This document shows positions 54,865 to 64,000 of a stretch of DNA of 64,000 nt, piece after piece. The notes beneath the pieces were generated by a model that ran no database searches, was not told where the DNA came from, and worked only from the letters and a program-made list of their open reading frames with translations. Positions within the stretch are counted from its first letter, which is position 1, and each line of letters starts with the position of its first letter. The translations under genes were made by a program, and so were the position numbers. The DNA is taken from IMG/VR virus record IMGVR_UViG_3300033155_000407; one strand, 5' to 3'. The stretch comes from a virus (taxonomy: Duplodnaviria > Heunggongvirae > Uroviricota > Caudoviricetes).

Positions 54865-55789
54865 AATAAGCCTCCAGCACCTCTTCTATCTCAGGTTTAG
54901 ATAATTTAGTTATCTCTCCTAGATACTTTTCTAATTCTTCTTCTATTGTCATATCTGCCAGATCTAATGAAGCCTTCTGTTCATTATGAATAATTTTCTT
55001 ATCTAGCAGATCAGAGTCTTTATCTATTTTAGCTAAATCTAAAACATTACCAGTTAGTTCATATATAGTATGGTGAAAATCTGTCTTCACCATATCTTTA
55101 GGATCATCAATAGTTTTTCTAATTAGTTGTGGTACATCTATCTGTAGCCACTCCCATTCTTCGGGTTTATCTGTATCAAATACAATAACGCCCAACTTTA
55201 CTTCATTTCTATGAAATGTAACGGTACGGGGTGAACCTGGATAAACTATATTTCTTTGGGAATTTCCGTGTGCGTGGAGATCTCCGGCAAATACTATATC
55301 CCACTTATCGAATAAATCAAGGTCTACCTCTGGTTTAACATGTGGGGGAATTTCTCCCCGTACATGCGTTAACAATATTTTGTGATCCCCCCTTGCAGAT
55401 TTTAATTTATGTAAATCTGTGTAGGGTAATATATCAAAATAGTCACGATAGTTTCCTAAACCATTACATAGATTAGTCTCGTCTGGCAACATAGGAGCTA
55501 GATACTTAAGAAAAGTATCTCCCTTCTTTGTAGCTTCGTGGTTTCCATCATAGAGTACTCTACGTCTGTTTGGATATCGCCATAAGTAACCTATATAGAT
55601 AGATAGTTCTTCCATTGTAGGTACTTTATCAAATATATCTCCGCCGTGTACTTCTATATCACATTTATTATCATAAAACACACGATCTAATTCCTCAAAC
55701 ATTATATTATATTGTTTCAAGGCCCACTCTCTGGGAATGTTCTTTTGACCTATTCTTATGTGTAAGTCTGCTGTGAATAGTACTTTCAT
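54851..55789 (-). CDS. SbcD/Mre11-like metallophosphoesterase nuclease
   Basis: Calcineurin-like motifs DLH, GDIFD, GNHE, GDLH. Confidence 0.85.
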   Translation of the reverse strand: MKVLFTADLHIRIGQKNIPREWALKQYNIMFEELDRVFYDNKCDIEVHGGDIFDKVPTMEELSIYIGYLWRYPNRRRVLYDGNHEATKKGDTFLKYLAPMLPDETNLCNGLGNYRDYFDILPYTDLHKLKSARGDHKILLTHVRGEIPPHVKPEVDLDLFDKWDIVFAGDLHAHGNSQRNIVYPGSPRTVTFHRNEVKLGVIVFDTDKPEEWEWLQIDVPQLIRKTIDDPKDMVKTDFHHTIYELTGNVLDLAKIDKDSDLLDKKIIHNEQKASLDLADMTIEEELEKYLGEITKLSKPEIEEVLEAYYANI

Positions 55790-55909
55790 TTAAATTCCAT
55801 AAAAATAATCATATACTAACATTGCAAATATAAATACACCCAGATAAATGAATGGCCATAAATATACTGTTTTACCCATAATTGTCCAGTGTTTATACAT
55901 TAGTTTCAT
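55790..55909 (-). CDS. small membrane peptide (39 aa) with a strong RBS
   Basis: MKLMYKHWTIMGKTVYLWPFIYLGVFIFAMLVYDYFYGI; GGAGAAG 5 nt upstream; stop abuts the sbcD-like start. Confidence 0.35.
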   Translation of the reverse strand: MKLMYKHWTIMGKTVYLWPFIYLGVFIFAMLVYDYFYGI

Positions 55910-55920
55910 ATAACTTCTCC

Positions 55921-55950
55921 AATTAAAATGGGGCCCAATTAAGGGCCCCA
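55921..55950 (-). terminator. intrinsic terminator (ggggccc-aattaa-gggcccc) with a U-run on the minus strand
   Basis: Perfect 7-bp GC stem; the minus-strand downstream sequence is auuuuaauu. Confidence 0.5.
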
Positions 55951-55957
55951 ACTACTA

Positions 55958-56623
55958 TTATTGAGGTATGTCGTCGTCCATTTCCTCAAGTTCAGTTACA
56001 GCTTCTTCGTCTGCTTCAGGCTCTTCAGGTAGAACATAAGTTCGTAGGAACTTCTCTTGTTCATCCGCTGTAGGCAGTTTAGTAATATCTTCAATACTAC
56101 CAAACGACTCCAGAGCTTCTTCAATAGCTTTCTTGTCTTCATCAGTCAGAGCTGAGTTTTTCAATTCAAATATTTCTAAGCTATACTCTACATTGAATGT
56201 CTTAGGTCCAGTTTTCTTCTTTGTGAATACCACGTCCCAACCATCAACTTCATGTGTGGGATCCCCAAGTTTTTTCTTAGCTGCATCAAGAATTGATTCA
56301 AACAATCTTTTCTTGTGGTCACAAAGTTTCACTACACCATCTTCTCTGTCAATAATTAGAGATTGGTATGCCCAAGAACATTTCATATCTGGGAAAAATT
56401 CTCTAACTGGATCTCGTTGTTTATTCTCAAACTTTTCTGTTTCACGATTAAAAGATAGACAGTCCGCAGGTACGGGTGAATTATCTCTTGTTCTTAACCA
56501 GTACTTATAACCTGGTACTACATTTCCGATAATGCGGATTCTATTCTCACCAAATACTGGTTTAAATCTAGTGGGTCCTGATTTGGAAGCTTTGCCCTGT
56601 AAATCTGTAAATTTAACAGTCAT
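55958..56623 (-). CDS. putative ssDNA-binding protein with an acidic C-terminal tail
   Basis: The C-terminus ...EEPEADEEAVTELEEMDDDIPQ resembles the SSB acidic tip (DDDIPF); sits in the replication module. Confidence 0.4.
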   Translation of the reverse strand: MTVKFTDLQGKASKSGPTRFKPVFGENRIRIIGNVVPGYKYWLRTRDNSPVPADCLSFNRETEKFENKQRDPVREFFPDMKCSWAYQSLIIDREDGVVKLCDHKKRLFESILDAAKKKLGDPTHEVDGWDVVFTKKKTGPKTFNVEYSLEIFELKNSALTDEDKKAIEEALESFGSIEDITKLPTADEQEKFLRTYVLPEEPEADEEAVTELEEMDDDIPQ

Positions 56624-57030
56624 TCTGTTTTCTCCTGTTCATATTTAAAATAAATATTATTCTTTTCTATATTTAATAAAGGGTTTAATGCAACCCATTC
56701 TACCATATATTCTTCAACCATTGCTAGGGGTAAGTGTGTTATTCCCCTGATGTGGTAATCGAATATATTTCTTTTACTTGCTAATTCTAAGTACATATAT
56801 AATTCATTGGGCGCTGTAGCACCGTTTAAAACATCATCTATATTTAAAATAAAGCAAGGTCCTTTAACGTAAGGTTGGCTTGCTACCAACTTAACATTCT
56901 TAGGGATTTTTCTGTGTAAGTAAGGTGGAATATCTATCCCTTGTCTAAGAAAAAAATATTCTAATACACTAGGTGCGTTCCACTTTAACTTATCGTTAAT
57001 TTTTTTCCACGAAAATTTTATCATCATCAT
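56620..57030 (-). CDS. hypothetical protein (136 aa)
   Basis: ORF in the replication operon. Confidence 0.4.
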   Translation of the reverse strand: MMMIKFSWKKINDKLKWNAPSVLEYFFLRQGIDIPPYLHRKIPKNVKLVASQPYVKGPCFILNIDDVLNGATAPNELYMYLELASKRNIFDYHIRGITHLPLAMVEEYMVEWVALNPLLNIEKNNIYFKYEQEKTE

Positions 57031-57073
57031 TTCATATTATAACAACAATTTAGCAGCATGTCAAGAACTAATT

Positions 57074-58366
57074 TTACGTCAGGTCGATGTGTGTAACTTT
57101 ATATCCGTTCCTAATATAAAATGCAGCTCTGTTACGCGATTGCTTTTTGGCTGTTGCTCCTTTTAATACTATATCTACTATTATAGGTGTAAGTTTACCG
57201 GGATGTTCTCTTAAAACTCTACCTATCAACTGTTCTAATAATGGATCATTATTAATAGGAGTAGCTAATACTAAACAACTTAAATAATTCAAAGATATTC
57301 CCTCTTTATATATTGAAATAGAACCATATAATATGTCCCTTTCTCTTCTTTCTAATTCTGCATGTAATTCATCACGTTCCGGGGTAGGACCAATAATTAC
57401 TATAGCTCTATCCCCAGATCTATTATTGCACCTATCTAAAAATTCGGTTCTATCAGATACTACTAATACCATATGTTCCAAATCCGCATATCGTTCAGCT
57501 ATACTAGATATTAAATCTATATACTCTGGACGATCACATAGTTCATTAATTCTTAGCGCCCAGGGTATCATATTGTTGGAACTGAACATAATACCAGATT
57601 GTATCATCACAACCTCAGGAGTCATTTGATTCTCCTTGGGTGGCGTATATATTGTTTTACTAAAGTAGTCCGGTATCACTACGTGCATGAAATCCTTTCT
57701 CTTAAGCGTAGCTGATAATCCTATTTTATATCTAGCTTTCATACCTGTCACGCACGCAGCAAATATGCTGGCAGGGGCGTGATGTACTTCATCTAGTATA
57801 ACCGTACCAAACTCATTTTTTAATGTATTGATGTGCTTTCTTAAAGTTTGGACGTTAGCTACTACTATAGGTGTATTCTTGTAATCTAGTAGTCCGCTGC
57901 CTATAATTCCCGCTTTTATACCCAAGGTCTTTTTTATTTCTTTAATCCATTGATCCCGTAGATTAACAGTATGTGTTATAATTAAAGTCTTTTGACCTAA
58001 TTTATGTGCTATAGCTATTCCAGTAAAAGTCTTACCCCAAGATGTATTAGCGTTAATTAAACAATTATCAACTACGGCATCGTGTATAATTTGCTGGCTT
58101 TTTCTAAGTTTAAATTTAAACTCAGGAAAATTTGCTGAATTTTTTACTCTGACGTCTACTACTTCGTAATCTTTTGGAATTAAGTCCTGTCTACCTATAG
58201 GTAGGATTATAAATTTATGTTCTAATAAACTATATGTACGAATAGTAGTAGGTGGATCCCCCGGTATTTTACTGGGTATTTTATAAGTTAGTTCTTCTTT
58301 AATTTTTAAGTATAATTCTTCATTGAAGTTTAAGTATATTCGATCACTTAATACGGCTTTCTTCAT
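57074..58366 (-). CDS. SF2 DEAH-box DNA helicase
   Basis: Walker A-like ANTSWGKT, DEVH box (ILDEVHHAPA), motif VI-like QLIGRVLR. Confidence 0.7.
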   Translation of the reverse strand: MKKAVLSDRIYLNFNEELYLKIKEELTYKIPSKIPGDPPTTIRTYSLLEHKFIILPIGRQDLIPKDYEVVDVRVKNSANFPEFKFKLRKSQQIIHDAVVDNCLINANTSWGKTFTGIAIAHKLGQKTLIITHTVNLRDQWIKEIKKTLGIKAGIIGSGLLDYKNTPIVVANVQTLRKHINTLKNEFGTVILDEVHHAPASIFAACVTGMKARYKIGLSATLKRKDFMHVVIPDYFSKTIYTPPKENQMTPEVVMIQSGIMFSSNNMIPWALRINELCDRPEYIDLISSIAERYADLEHMVLVVSDRTEFLDRCNNRSGDRAIVIIGPTPERDELHAELERRERDILYGSISIYKEGISLNYLSCLVLATPINNDPLLEQLIGRVLREHPGKLTPIIVDIVLKGATAKKQSRNRAAFYIRNGYKVTHIDLT

Positions 58367-58872
58367 ATTTTTCTGCGATAAGGTTCATGATATTTATTTG
58401 TTAAGTCGTATAAGAATGGGCCCCACCTTGTTCCCATAACTGAAGCATACGTAGTAGTGGGCAACATTGTTTGCCCAACCAAGTATGGTTGTTCGAAACC
58501 TTCTAAGTATATAACCGTCCAGTTTCCATGTTCCACCTTTCTATTTATCTTTATGGACTTAATTTGAAATAACTTAGTGCTTTTACTATATTTTAATATA
58601 TTGCCATTAAAGTCAACGAAAGTAGTACCTGATTTATACTTCACTAATTGTCTCAAGTACATTACTCTTTCTTTTAATTTATATATTTTCTTTCCCGGAT
58701 AATGCAAAGCTAAGTTACTTCTGCGTTCTTCAAAATCTCCCTTTAAATTAATATCATCGAATATATATTCACCTTTAATAGTGGTAATTTTAACTAATCC
58801 CAAAAGGTTGGTGTCTATGTTTAAATAAGATCTTAACTTATAAAGTGGAAATTTTATTTTGCCAAGATCCAC
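58363..58872 (-). CDS. hypothetical protein (169 aa)
   Basis: ORF coupled to the helicase and polymerase genes. Confidence 0.4.
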   Translation of the reverse strand: MDLGKIKFPLYKLRSYLNIDTNLLGLVKITTIKGEYIFDDINLKGDFEERRSNLALHYPGKKIYKLKERVMYLRQLVKYKSGTTFVDFNGNILKYSKSTKLFQIKSIKINRKVEHGNWTVIYLEGFEQPYLVGQTMLPTTTYASVMGTRWGPFLYDLTNKYHEPYRRKI

Positions 58873-61082
58873 TATCCTGCCTCAGCATAACTTGGTCCAA
58901 ATCCAAAGTCTACACCAATTGGTGCTCCTGGAATACTAACTCCACGATCTTTCTGTGTAATACGCTTTAATATTTTTCTTACGTTTTCTACATCGTCTTT
59001 GTGACATTGCCCAATAATGGAGTCATGTACTAGACCAAATATTTCGGCCCTTACAAAACCTTTCTTAAACTCATCGTGAGCATCCATAGCGGCCATTAAA
59101 TTAATATCACTAGCTACAGATTGCACTGTAAAGTTCATTGCCGATCTTAAAGCGTGTCCCTGTTCGTAATCGTCAACACTGAATACATTGGGTACTCTAC
59201 GTTTACGTCCGAAGTGTGAATAAATATATCCGTTAGAATTAATCTCATCCCTTGTTCTTTCTAACCATTTGTCTAACTGTGCGAACTGTCCAAAATATCT
59301 ACGAATAATAGTCTTGGCTTCACTGAAACTAATCTTAGCTTCGGAAGCTACCTTAGCGGCACCAGCACCGTATAGAATACCAAATGATATAGCTTTTGAT
59401 GCTTGTCTCAAGTCTGGGAATTTTTCTTTAATATCCTTCACAGCGCACGCTATATTGAATGTCATCTTTGCTATAGAACTATGGAAGTCTCCAGTCTTGC
59501 TTTTAAATACTTTACCTAGATTCTGATCCTTAGAAAGTGCTCCAGCATAATACATTTCTGCTGTTTGTAAATCTTGACTGAATATTACCCAGTCTTTCTT
59601 AGCTCGAATACATCTCTTAACCGTTTTATCGTCTCGCGGCAACTGTTGCATATTTAACTTTCCCGAACTAGAAAGTCTGCCACTAGTTACTGTATGTAAG
59701 TGGAATCCCGCACGTAAACGTCCGTCCAAATCTATTCCGTTAAGTACTTTGATTATATATGTAGAACGTAGTTTAACCTTACTGCGTATATCCGATATTA
59801 TGCTTGGTATCCCATGAAGCTCCGCCAAACGTTTTAATTCATCAACATCTGTGCTGTATGCTCCACCGGCTGTCTTACGTCCAGTTGGCAGGTTTAATCT
59901 ATCATAGAATAGAACCGCTAGTTGGGCAGGAGATCCAGGATTAAACTTTTCGCCCCGTTCTTCCTCGAACTCATGAATCTCCCTAAATTTATACAATTCT
60001 TGTTTAAGCTCAAAAATTTCCTTTTCAAAAACTTTATTGGCCTTCTCAAGATAATCTTTGTCGAAGGGCACACCTGTCTCTTCCATTTCCATTAAGAACT
60101 GGGTACCTCTAAGCATTACATTTTCATATAACCACTTAAAATGTTGTTCTATAATAGGGGCGAATTTATTGTACAATCTCATAGTGGCATCCGCATCCCC
60201 ACAAGCATAGGGCCACATAGTATCAAAAGGTATTAAGTCATATGTAAAATCACCCAATTTAATACCGTTAGTTTTGCAATATTCCCTCTTGAATACATCT
60301 AGCTCGTGATCATAATCACCCATCTTAGTGTACTTCATAGCTAGGAATTTAAGATCATGAGCTTCGTTTTCATTCAGTAGATAGTGCATAAGCATAGTAT
60401 CGTGCCAGTTTGGAAATTCAAAATTGAAATGGTACATTAACCATTTCATATCGAATTTAGCGTTATGGAATACGACAGTTTTGTTGATAAACAATTTCTG
60501 CATCATATATTCCACTTCTTCATCTATACAGTCTGATTCAATATATACCCCAGACATAGCTTCTATAGACATAGCAATGCCTAACGCATAACCTTCTCTT
60601 GGGAAGAAGGAAGAACACTCTGTATCCACAACTAAAGCTTTTTTCGTATGGGCACGTAATGCTTGGGTAAGCCACTCTTTGGCACGACTGGCGCTGGTAA
60701 TTCCCTCGTAATTACCAAGGACTTCTTTATAGGAACCGTCAATATGCTTATGAAGTTTAGCTAGAGCACCATTTAGGGTATCTTTAATGCCAGGATTGAA
60801 TTTAACCGCTACTGGGTTAATCATGGGAATATATTTATCTTTAACTATATGCCCGGCAAACTTAGTAACGTTTCCACACTGAGCAATAAATTTGCAAGGT
60901 TCCTTGCCTATAAGTACTACTAGATCATAGTCCTCAAAGTCTTCTTCAAGGGTTATGTCCCTTTTTAAAATTTTTGTTTTATTGGAATTTACTAGCTGAA
61001 ATCTATCATACTCAAAATTGAAGTATTCCTTGTATGGATCAGCATAACCCATTTTAGCTTTTTCAACTACTGCTATTTTCAT
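58872..61082 (-). CDS. family A DNA polymerase with a 3-prime to 5-prime exonuclease domain
   Basis: Exo motif (VVDTE...), Pol motif A (LVHDSI..), motif B RQASKAISFGILYG, motif C HDE-type. Confidence 0.9.
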   Translation of the reverse strand: MKIAVVEKAKMGYADPYKEYFNFEYDRFQLVNSNKTKILKRDITLEEDFEDYDLVVLIGKEPCKFIAQCGNVTKFAGHIVKDKYIPMINPVAVKFNPGIKDTLNGALAKLHKHIDGSYKEVLGNYEGITSASRAKEWLTQALRAHTKKALVVDTECSSFFPREGYALGIAMSIEAMSGVYIESDCIDEEVEYMMQKLFINKTVVFHNAKFDMKWLMYHFNFEFPNWHDTMLMHYLLNENEAHDLKFLAMKYTKMGDYDHELDVFKREYCKTNGIKLGDFTYDLIPFDTMWPYACGDADATMRLYNKFAPIIEQHFKWLYENVMLRGTQFLMEMEETGVPFDKDYLEKANKVFEKEIFELKQELYKFREIHEFEEERGEKFNPGSPAQLAVLFYDRLNLPTGRKTAGGAYSTDVDELKRLAELHGIPSIISDIRSKVKLRSTYIIKVLNGIDLDGRLRAGFHLHTVTSGRLSSSGKLNMQQLPRDDKTVKRCIRAKKDWVIFSQDLQTAEMYYAGALSKDQNLGKVFKSKTGDFHSSIAKMTFNIACAVKDIKEKFPDLRQASKAISFGILYGAGAAKVASEAKISFSEAKTIIRRYFGQFAQLDKWLERTRDEINSNGYIYSHFGRKRRVPNVFSVDDYEQGHALRSAMNFTVQSVASDINLMAAMDAHDEFKKGFVRAEIFGLVHDSIIGQCHKDDVENVRKILKRITQKDRGVSIPGAPIGVDFGFGPSYAEAG

Positions 61083-61255
61083 TCGTATTTCACCTTGTCA
61101 CAAATAGAACATACATATTTAAATCTAAGGGAATGGACATTATCAATGAAATCATGTTCACATATCTTTTGTGCTGTATATATTAGATGCCTTAATTCAT
61201 CTATCTCATTTAAATTATCCTGTAATTTTTCTTTAAGTTGTTTCACTGTTTTCAT
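61079..61255 (-). CDS. small Cys/His-containing ORF (58 aa) overlapping the polymerase start as ATGA
   Basis: MKTVKQLKEKLQDNLNEIDELRHLIYTAQKICEHDFIDNVHSLRFKYVCSICDKVKYE (C-x-H ... C-x-x-C). Confidence 0.3.
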   Translation of the reverse strand: MKTVKQLKEKLQDNLNEIDELRHLIYTAQKICEHDFIDNVHSLRFKYVCSICDKVKYE

Positions 61256-62099
61256 TACCGTATAATCCTATCATTAATGTTGCTATATCGTGCTCTGTTA
61301 AATCGCCCGGGTCCATGCCGTCAGGCAACTCAATTCTTTCCGCATTAAATCCATTTGAATTTAATACGTTTTCTAATTTCTCAGCGGCTTCTCGGCCCGC
61401 TTTATCCCCATCAAACATTATATAAAATTTATTTACCCCTAAAATTTTATAATGTGACAATCTCTTTTTATATGTTTTCAATAGTGTATGCGTACCAAAA
61501 GCACTTAATACATTATGACAACCTTTATCCATCATATTTAAAGCATCAAATATACCTTCCACTAGAATTAACGAACTCTTCCAAATTTCTGGGTGTGCCG
61601 GAAATAGTGGCGGAGTCACGCCTTTTGGAAAGAATAAGTATTTATCTTCTATATCTGAGTGTAATGACCTTCCAATAAATACTTTAATATTACCTCTAAT
61701 ATCTCGTAAGGGAAATATTACTCTGTCTTTAAATTCATCTTCTTGATTAGAGGTAAAAGCGTCCGCCTCTAAGTATGTGTGCTTAGATAATTCTCTATAA
61801 TCTCTATTAAATGGTACCGCATCTGCTGGCATCGTTAAATTTTTATCACTAAGCATGTCTCTTACTTTACTCTGTAGTTTAGATATTTCTATATCTAAAT
61901 AATTTGGTTCTGCCCCAAACTTTTCAAATATGTTACCTTTATGTCCACAACTAAAACAATGAAATACTCCAGTTATCTTATCTATACGCATACTAGGATT
62001 ACTGTCTTCATGTTCGGGGTTTATACAAACTATTTGATAGTCCTTTCCCGCCTCACGATATTTAATACCTCTTTCTACTAATATGTCTATTACATTCAT
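61233..62099 (-). CDS. DNA primase (CHC2 zinc finger plus TOPRIM-like)
   Basis: CINPEHEDSNPSMRI...FHCFSCGHKGN zinc-binding motif; acidic TOPRIM-like region LVEGIFDAL...DGDKAG. Confidence 0.75.
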   Translation of the reverse strand: MNVIDILVERGIKYREAGKDYQIVCINPEHEDSNPSMRIDKITGVFHCFSCGHKGNIFEKFGAEPNYLDIEISKLQSKVRDMLSDKNLTMPADAVPFNRDYRELSKHTYLEADAFTSNQEDEFKDRVIFPLRDIRGNIKVFIGRSLHSDIEDKYLFFPKGVTPPLFPAHPEIWKSSLILVEGIFDALNMMDKGCHNVLSAFGTHTLLKTYKKRLSHYKILGVNKFYIMFDGDKAGREAAEKLENVLNSNGFNAERIELPDGMDPGDLTEHDIATLMIGLYGNENSETT

Positions 62100-63445
62100 A
62101 ATTTCAAATCATCCTTCGATTCATCTTCTTCTGTATTTTTAGCTTTCTTAGTCTGATTCTTTACTAATTCTATATTTTTATCTGCGTATATTTTCAATGT
62201 GGGCCAATGTATTTCTGAAGCAAAATCTATCGCCTGATCTCCACGAGACTTTTTACACTCAAATTCAATTGCACCATAGTCGCCATCATGTACTGCGGAT
62301 AAGTTGAACGCCCAGTTTGGAGAATCCAATATACCTTTAGCGAATCGGACTTTACCCTCTTCGCTTGTTTGGAACGGCGTCACCATTACTACATCGTGCT
62401 TTCTTGCTAGCGCCTTCAATTTTTTAGATAAGTCGATCTGTACTTGCCAATTATATGGGTCCTTAGAAGTAATTTGGTTAATATAATCAACTACTACTAC
62501 TTTTAAGTTATCTTCTAACATCGTTTTATATGTGTGGATCGTTGCATCTATATTAGCTATAGTCAACGTAGAGTTATCTATTGTAATTATCCTGTTATCA
62601 CTGGTTAATGGTCTATCAATTAACTTTCTTTCAAAAGTATTAAAATCACCATCGTTTTCAAACTGTTCTATTAAATCCATAGAACCGTCCGCAGTCATTT
62701 TAGCTCTTGTTTTAGCAATAGCTAATTTTTCCATATCTGTAAGATTACCACTTCTGATATTCTTTTCAGGAACCTCAGTTAATATAGATATATATCTATT
62801 ATATAATTCTCTACCACTCATTTCTATACTGAAATATAAGGCCGAACTGCCTTGCTGATATTGATTACATACTATATTAGCACATATAACCGATTTACCA
62901 GAACCTCTGTGCCCACCAATCATGATGAACTCCCCTGGAGCCATTCCTAGGCTCATCCTATCAAAGTCATTATTCAGGCCTAGAGGTACTCTAGATAGAA
63001 TAGTATCTCTGTCAATAGTAAGGAAATCATTCATTTCTACTATCTGTTCTGATACTTCAGTTTTTTCTTCAATATCTATTGAGATAGTAGATAAATCCTC
63101 TACTATCTCTCCTACATCCTTAAATACCAGGTTATCTAAATATCCACCTAATTGCTTTAATACTTCTCTTTGGGCATATTCATTTATAAGAGCTTGGAGA
63201 ATAATTTCAATATCCAAGTCTTCTGGTACGTTTAATTCACTTAATGCTGTTATATAATTAGCACTCTTTTCATCGCGTGTAACTACTTCTAATTCATCAA
63301 ATGAGGGTAATTTGTCAAACTTCTGATAAAACTTGTTTATCAGCATATATATTTCAGTGTACGGTGCTTCGAAGAACTCTTTTCGTAATCTTGACCAAGC
63401 TTCTAGGTCCTGATTAGCTAGTACTTTGTGTAAAATTAAGTTCAT
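62096..63445 (-). CDS. DnaB-like replicative helicase
   Basis: Walker A GGHRGSGKS, Walker B VVVDYI, RecA-like C-terminal domain. Confidence 0.8.
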   Translation of the reverse strand: MNLILHKVLANQDLEAWSRLRKEFFEAPYTEIYMLINKFYQKFDKLPSFDELEVVTRDEKSANYITALSELNVPEDLDIEIILQALINEYAQREVLKQLGGYLDNLVFKDVGEIVEDLSTISIDIEEKTEVSEQIVEMNDFLTIDRDTILSRVPLGLNNDFDRMSLGMAPGEFIMIGGHRGSGKSVICANIVCNQYQQGSSALYFSIEMSGRELYNRYISILTEVPEKNIRSGNLTDMEKLAIAKTRAKMTADGSMDLIEQFENDGDFNTFERKLIDRPLTSDNRIITIDNSTLTIANIDATIHTYKTMLEDNLKVVVVDYINQITSKDPYNWQVQIDLSKKLKALARKHDVVMVTPFQTSEEGKVRFAKGILDSPNWAFNLSAVHDGDYGAIEFECKKSRGDQAIDFASEIHWPTLKIYADKNIELVKNQTKKAKNTEEDESKDDLKL

Positions 63446-63493
63446 TAAGTTCTCAATTGTGCCCTTTAATTCCCCAATTAAACGGCTGAATCA

Positions 63494-63542
63494 TGAATGC
63501 GAAAAAAAGAGGGATCATAGATCCCTCTTTGATTCAGTTAAT
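63494..63542 (-). terminator. intrinsic terminator for minus-strand transcription (aagagggatc-ata-gatccctctt, 10-bp perfect stem, nested in ctgaatca/tgattcag)
   Basis: The minus-strand hairpin is followed by uuuuuuu. Confidence 0.7.
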
Positions 63543-63554
63543 CCCCTTAAGAGA

Positions 63555-64000
63555 TTAAGCCGCTTTCTTTACTTTAGCTTTATAATCGGAAGCCTCGTAA
63601 CCGCGACGTGTGATAATTGTTTTAACACCACGTACTGTCTTACCGGATTTTTCTGCAATTTCTGCAACAGACAAACCAATCAAAGCACCTGCATTAAACA
63701 GTTCTTCGATAATGTCAATTTTAGTTGCTGCATGGGATTCACGCTGTGCGGGAATATCTAGTTGCTGTGTGCGGTTAAGACTTAGAGCCTTACCACGTAC
63801 AGACGCTAAACTCTTACCTAGAGCATCAGCAATATCTTCTAGATATTTACCAGAGTTTGCCATTGCTACGAATGTAGCTTCTTCTTCATCAGAATAAGTC
63901 TTTACAGACTCTTTCTTAGGTGTAGCTTTAACAGAACCTGTCAGTTCTAAGCTAAGTACCTTGCCCTGAATTTGCTTAGCAGAGAATTCTCCACCACCAA
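63555..64000 (-). CDS. DNA-binding-like protein, C-terminal part; the frame stays open upstream to the window end, so the gene continues beyond 64000
   Basis: The ORF-track start at 63863 is an internal Met; the in-frame minus-strand translation of 63864-64000 has no stop (...GGGEFSAKQIQGKVLSLELTGSVKATPKKESVKTYSDEEEATFVA-MANSGKY...). Confidence 0.5.
   Translation of the reverse strand, partial: GGGEFSAKQIQGKVLSLELTGSVKATPKKESVKTYSDEEEATFVAMANSGKYLEDIADALGKSLASVRGKALSLNRTQQLDIPAQRESHAATKIDIIEELFNAGALIGLSVAEIAEKSGKTVRGVKTIITRRGYEASDYKAKVKKAA

Overview
This 64-kb window reads as a contiguous piece of a virulent, T5-like (Demerecviridae-like) siphophage genome with low GC content (about 38-40%) and no rRNA, tRNA or CRISPR. 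The T5 assignment rests on two proteins I recognise by eye as close matches to T5 proteins, and could not be confirmed without a database search.

**Layout**
- 1-2137: mostly non-coding control region with small minus-strand genes. It holds a cluster of five GC-rich hairpins, a repeated 19-nt motif plus hairpin, AT-rich iterons and several sigma70-like promoters with a shared TTGACAC core.
- 2138-49361 (+ strand): packaging, head, tail, fibre and lysis module. It runs TerS-like, TerL, HNH endonuclease, portal, a fused prohead-protease/scaffold/major-capsid gene, connector, two paralogous tail-tube genes, G/GT chaperones with a canonical GGGAAAC -1 slippery site, tape measure, a lambda-like M/L/K/I-J tip, a block of large fibre/tailspike-like genes, then the lysis cassette.
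- 49374-64000 (- strand): replication and recombination module. It holds a ribonucleotide reductase, a T5 D15-like flap endonuclease, a PD-(D/E)xK nuclease, SbcC/SbcD, an SSB-like protein, an SF2 helicase, PolA, primase and a DnaB-like helicase.

**Most unusual observations**
1. Two tail proteins (a gpL-like tip protein and a small protein after the giant fibre) each end in a roughly 137-aa Hint (Hedgehog/intein-like) domain behind a conserved DMCPxCC-FTP junction. This predicts autoproteolytic or thioester chemistry in tail assembly or adsorption.
2. A 264-bp tandem repeat array bridges the gpJ-like central-fibre gene and a 1888-aa fibre gene. Deletions of 25 nt and 58 nt between copies break the frame twice, and the fibre gene has no start codon or RBS of its own. 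This is either a frameshift-dependent fusion or switch, or an assembly artefact.
3. Accessory cargo lies inside the structural block: a secreted collagen-like (GVD)n protein with a 9-nt microsatellite, membrane proteins, a membrane-anchored PAS-domain protein, a class-I-MTase-like protein, a BNR/Asp-box propeller protein and a 929-aa protein with 240-nt tandem repeats.
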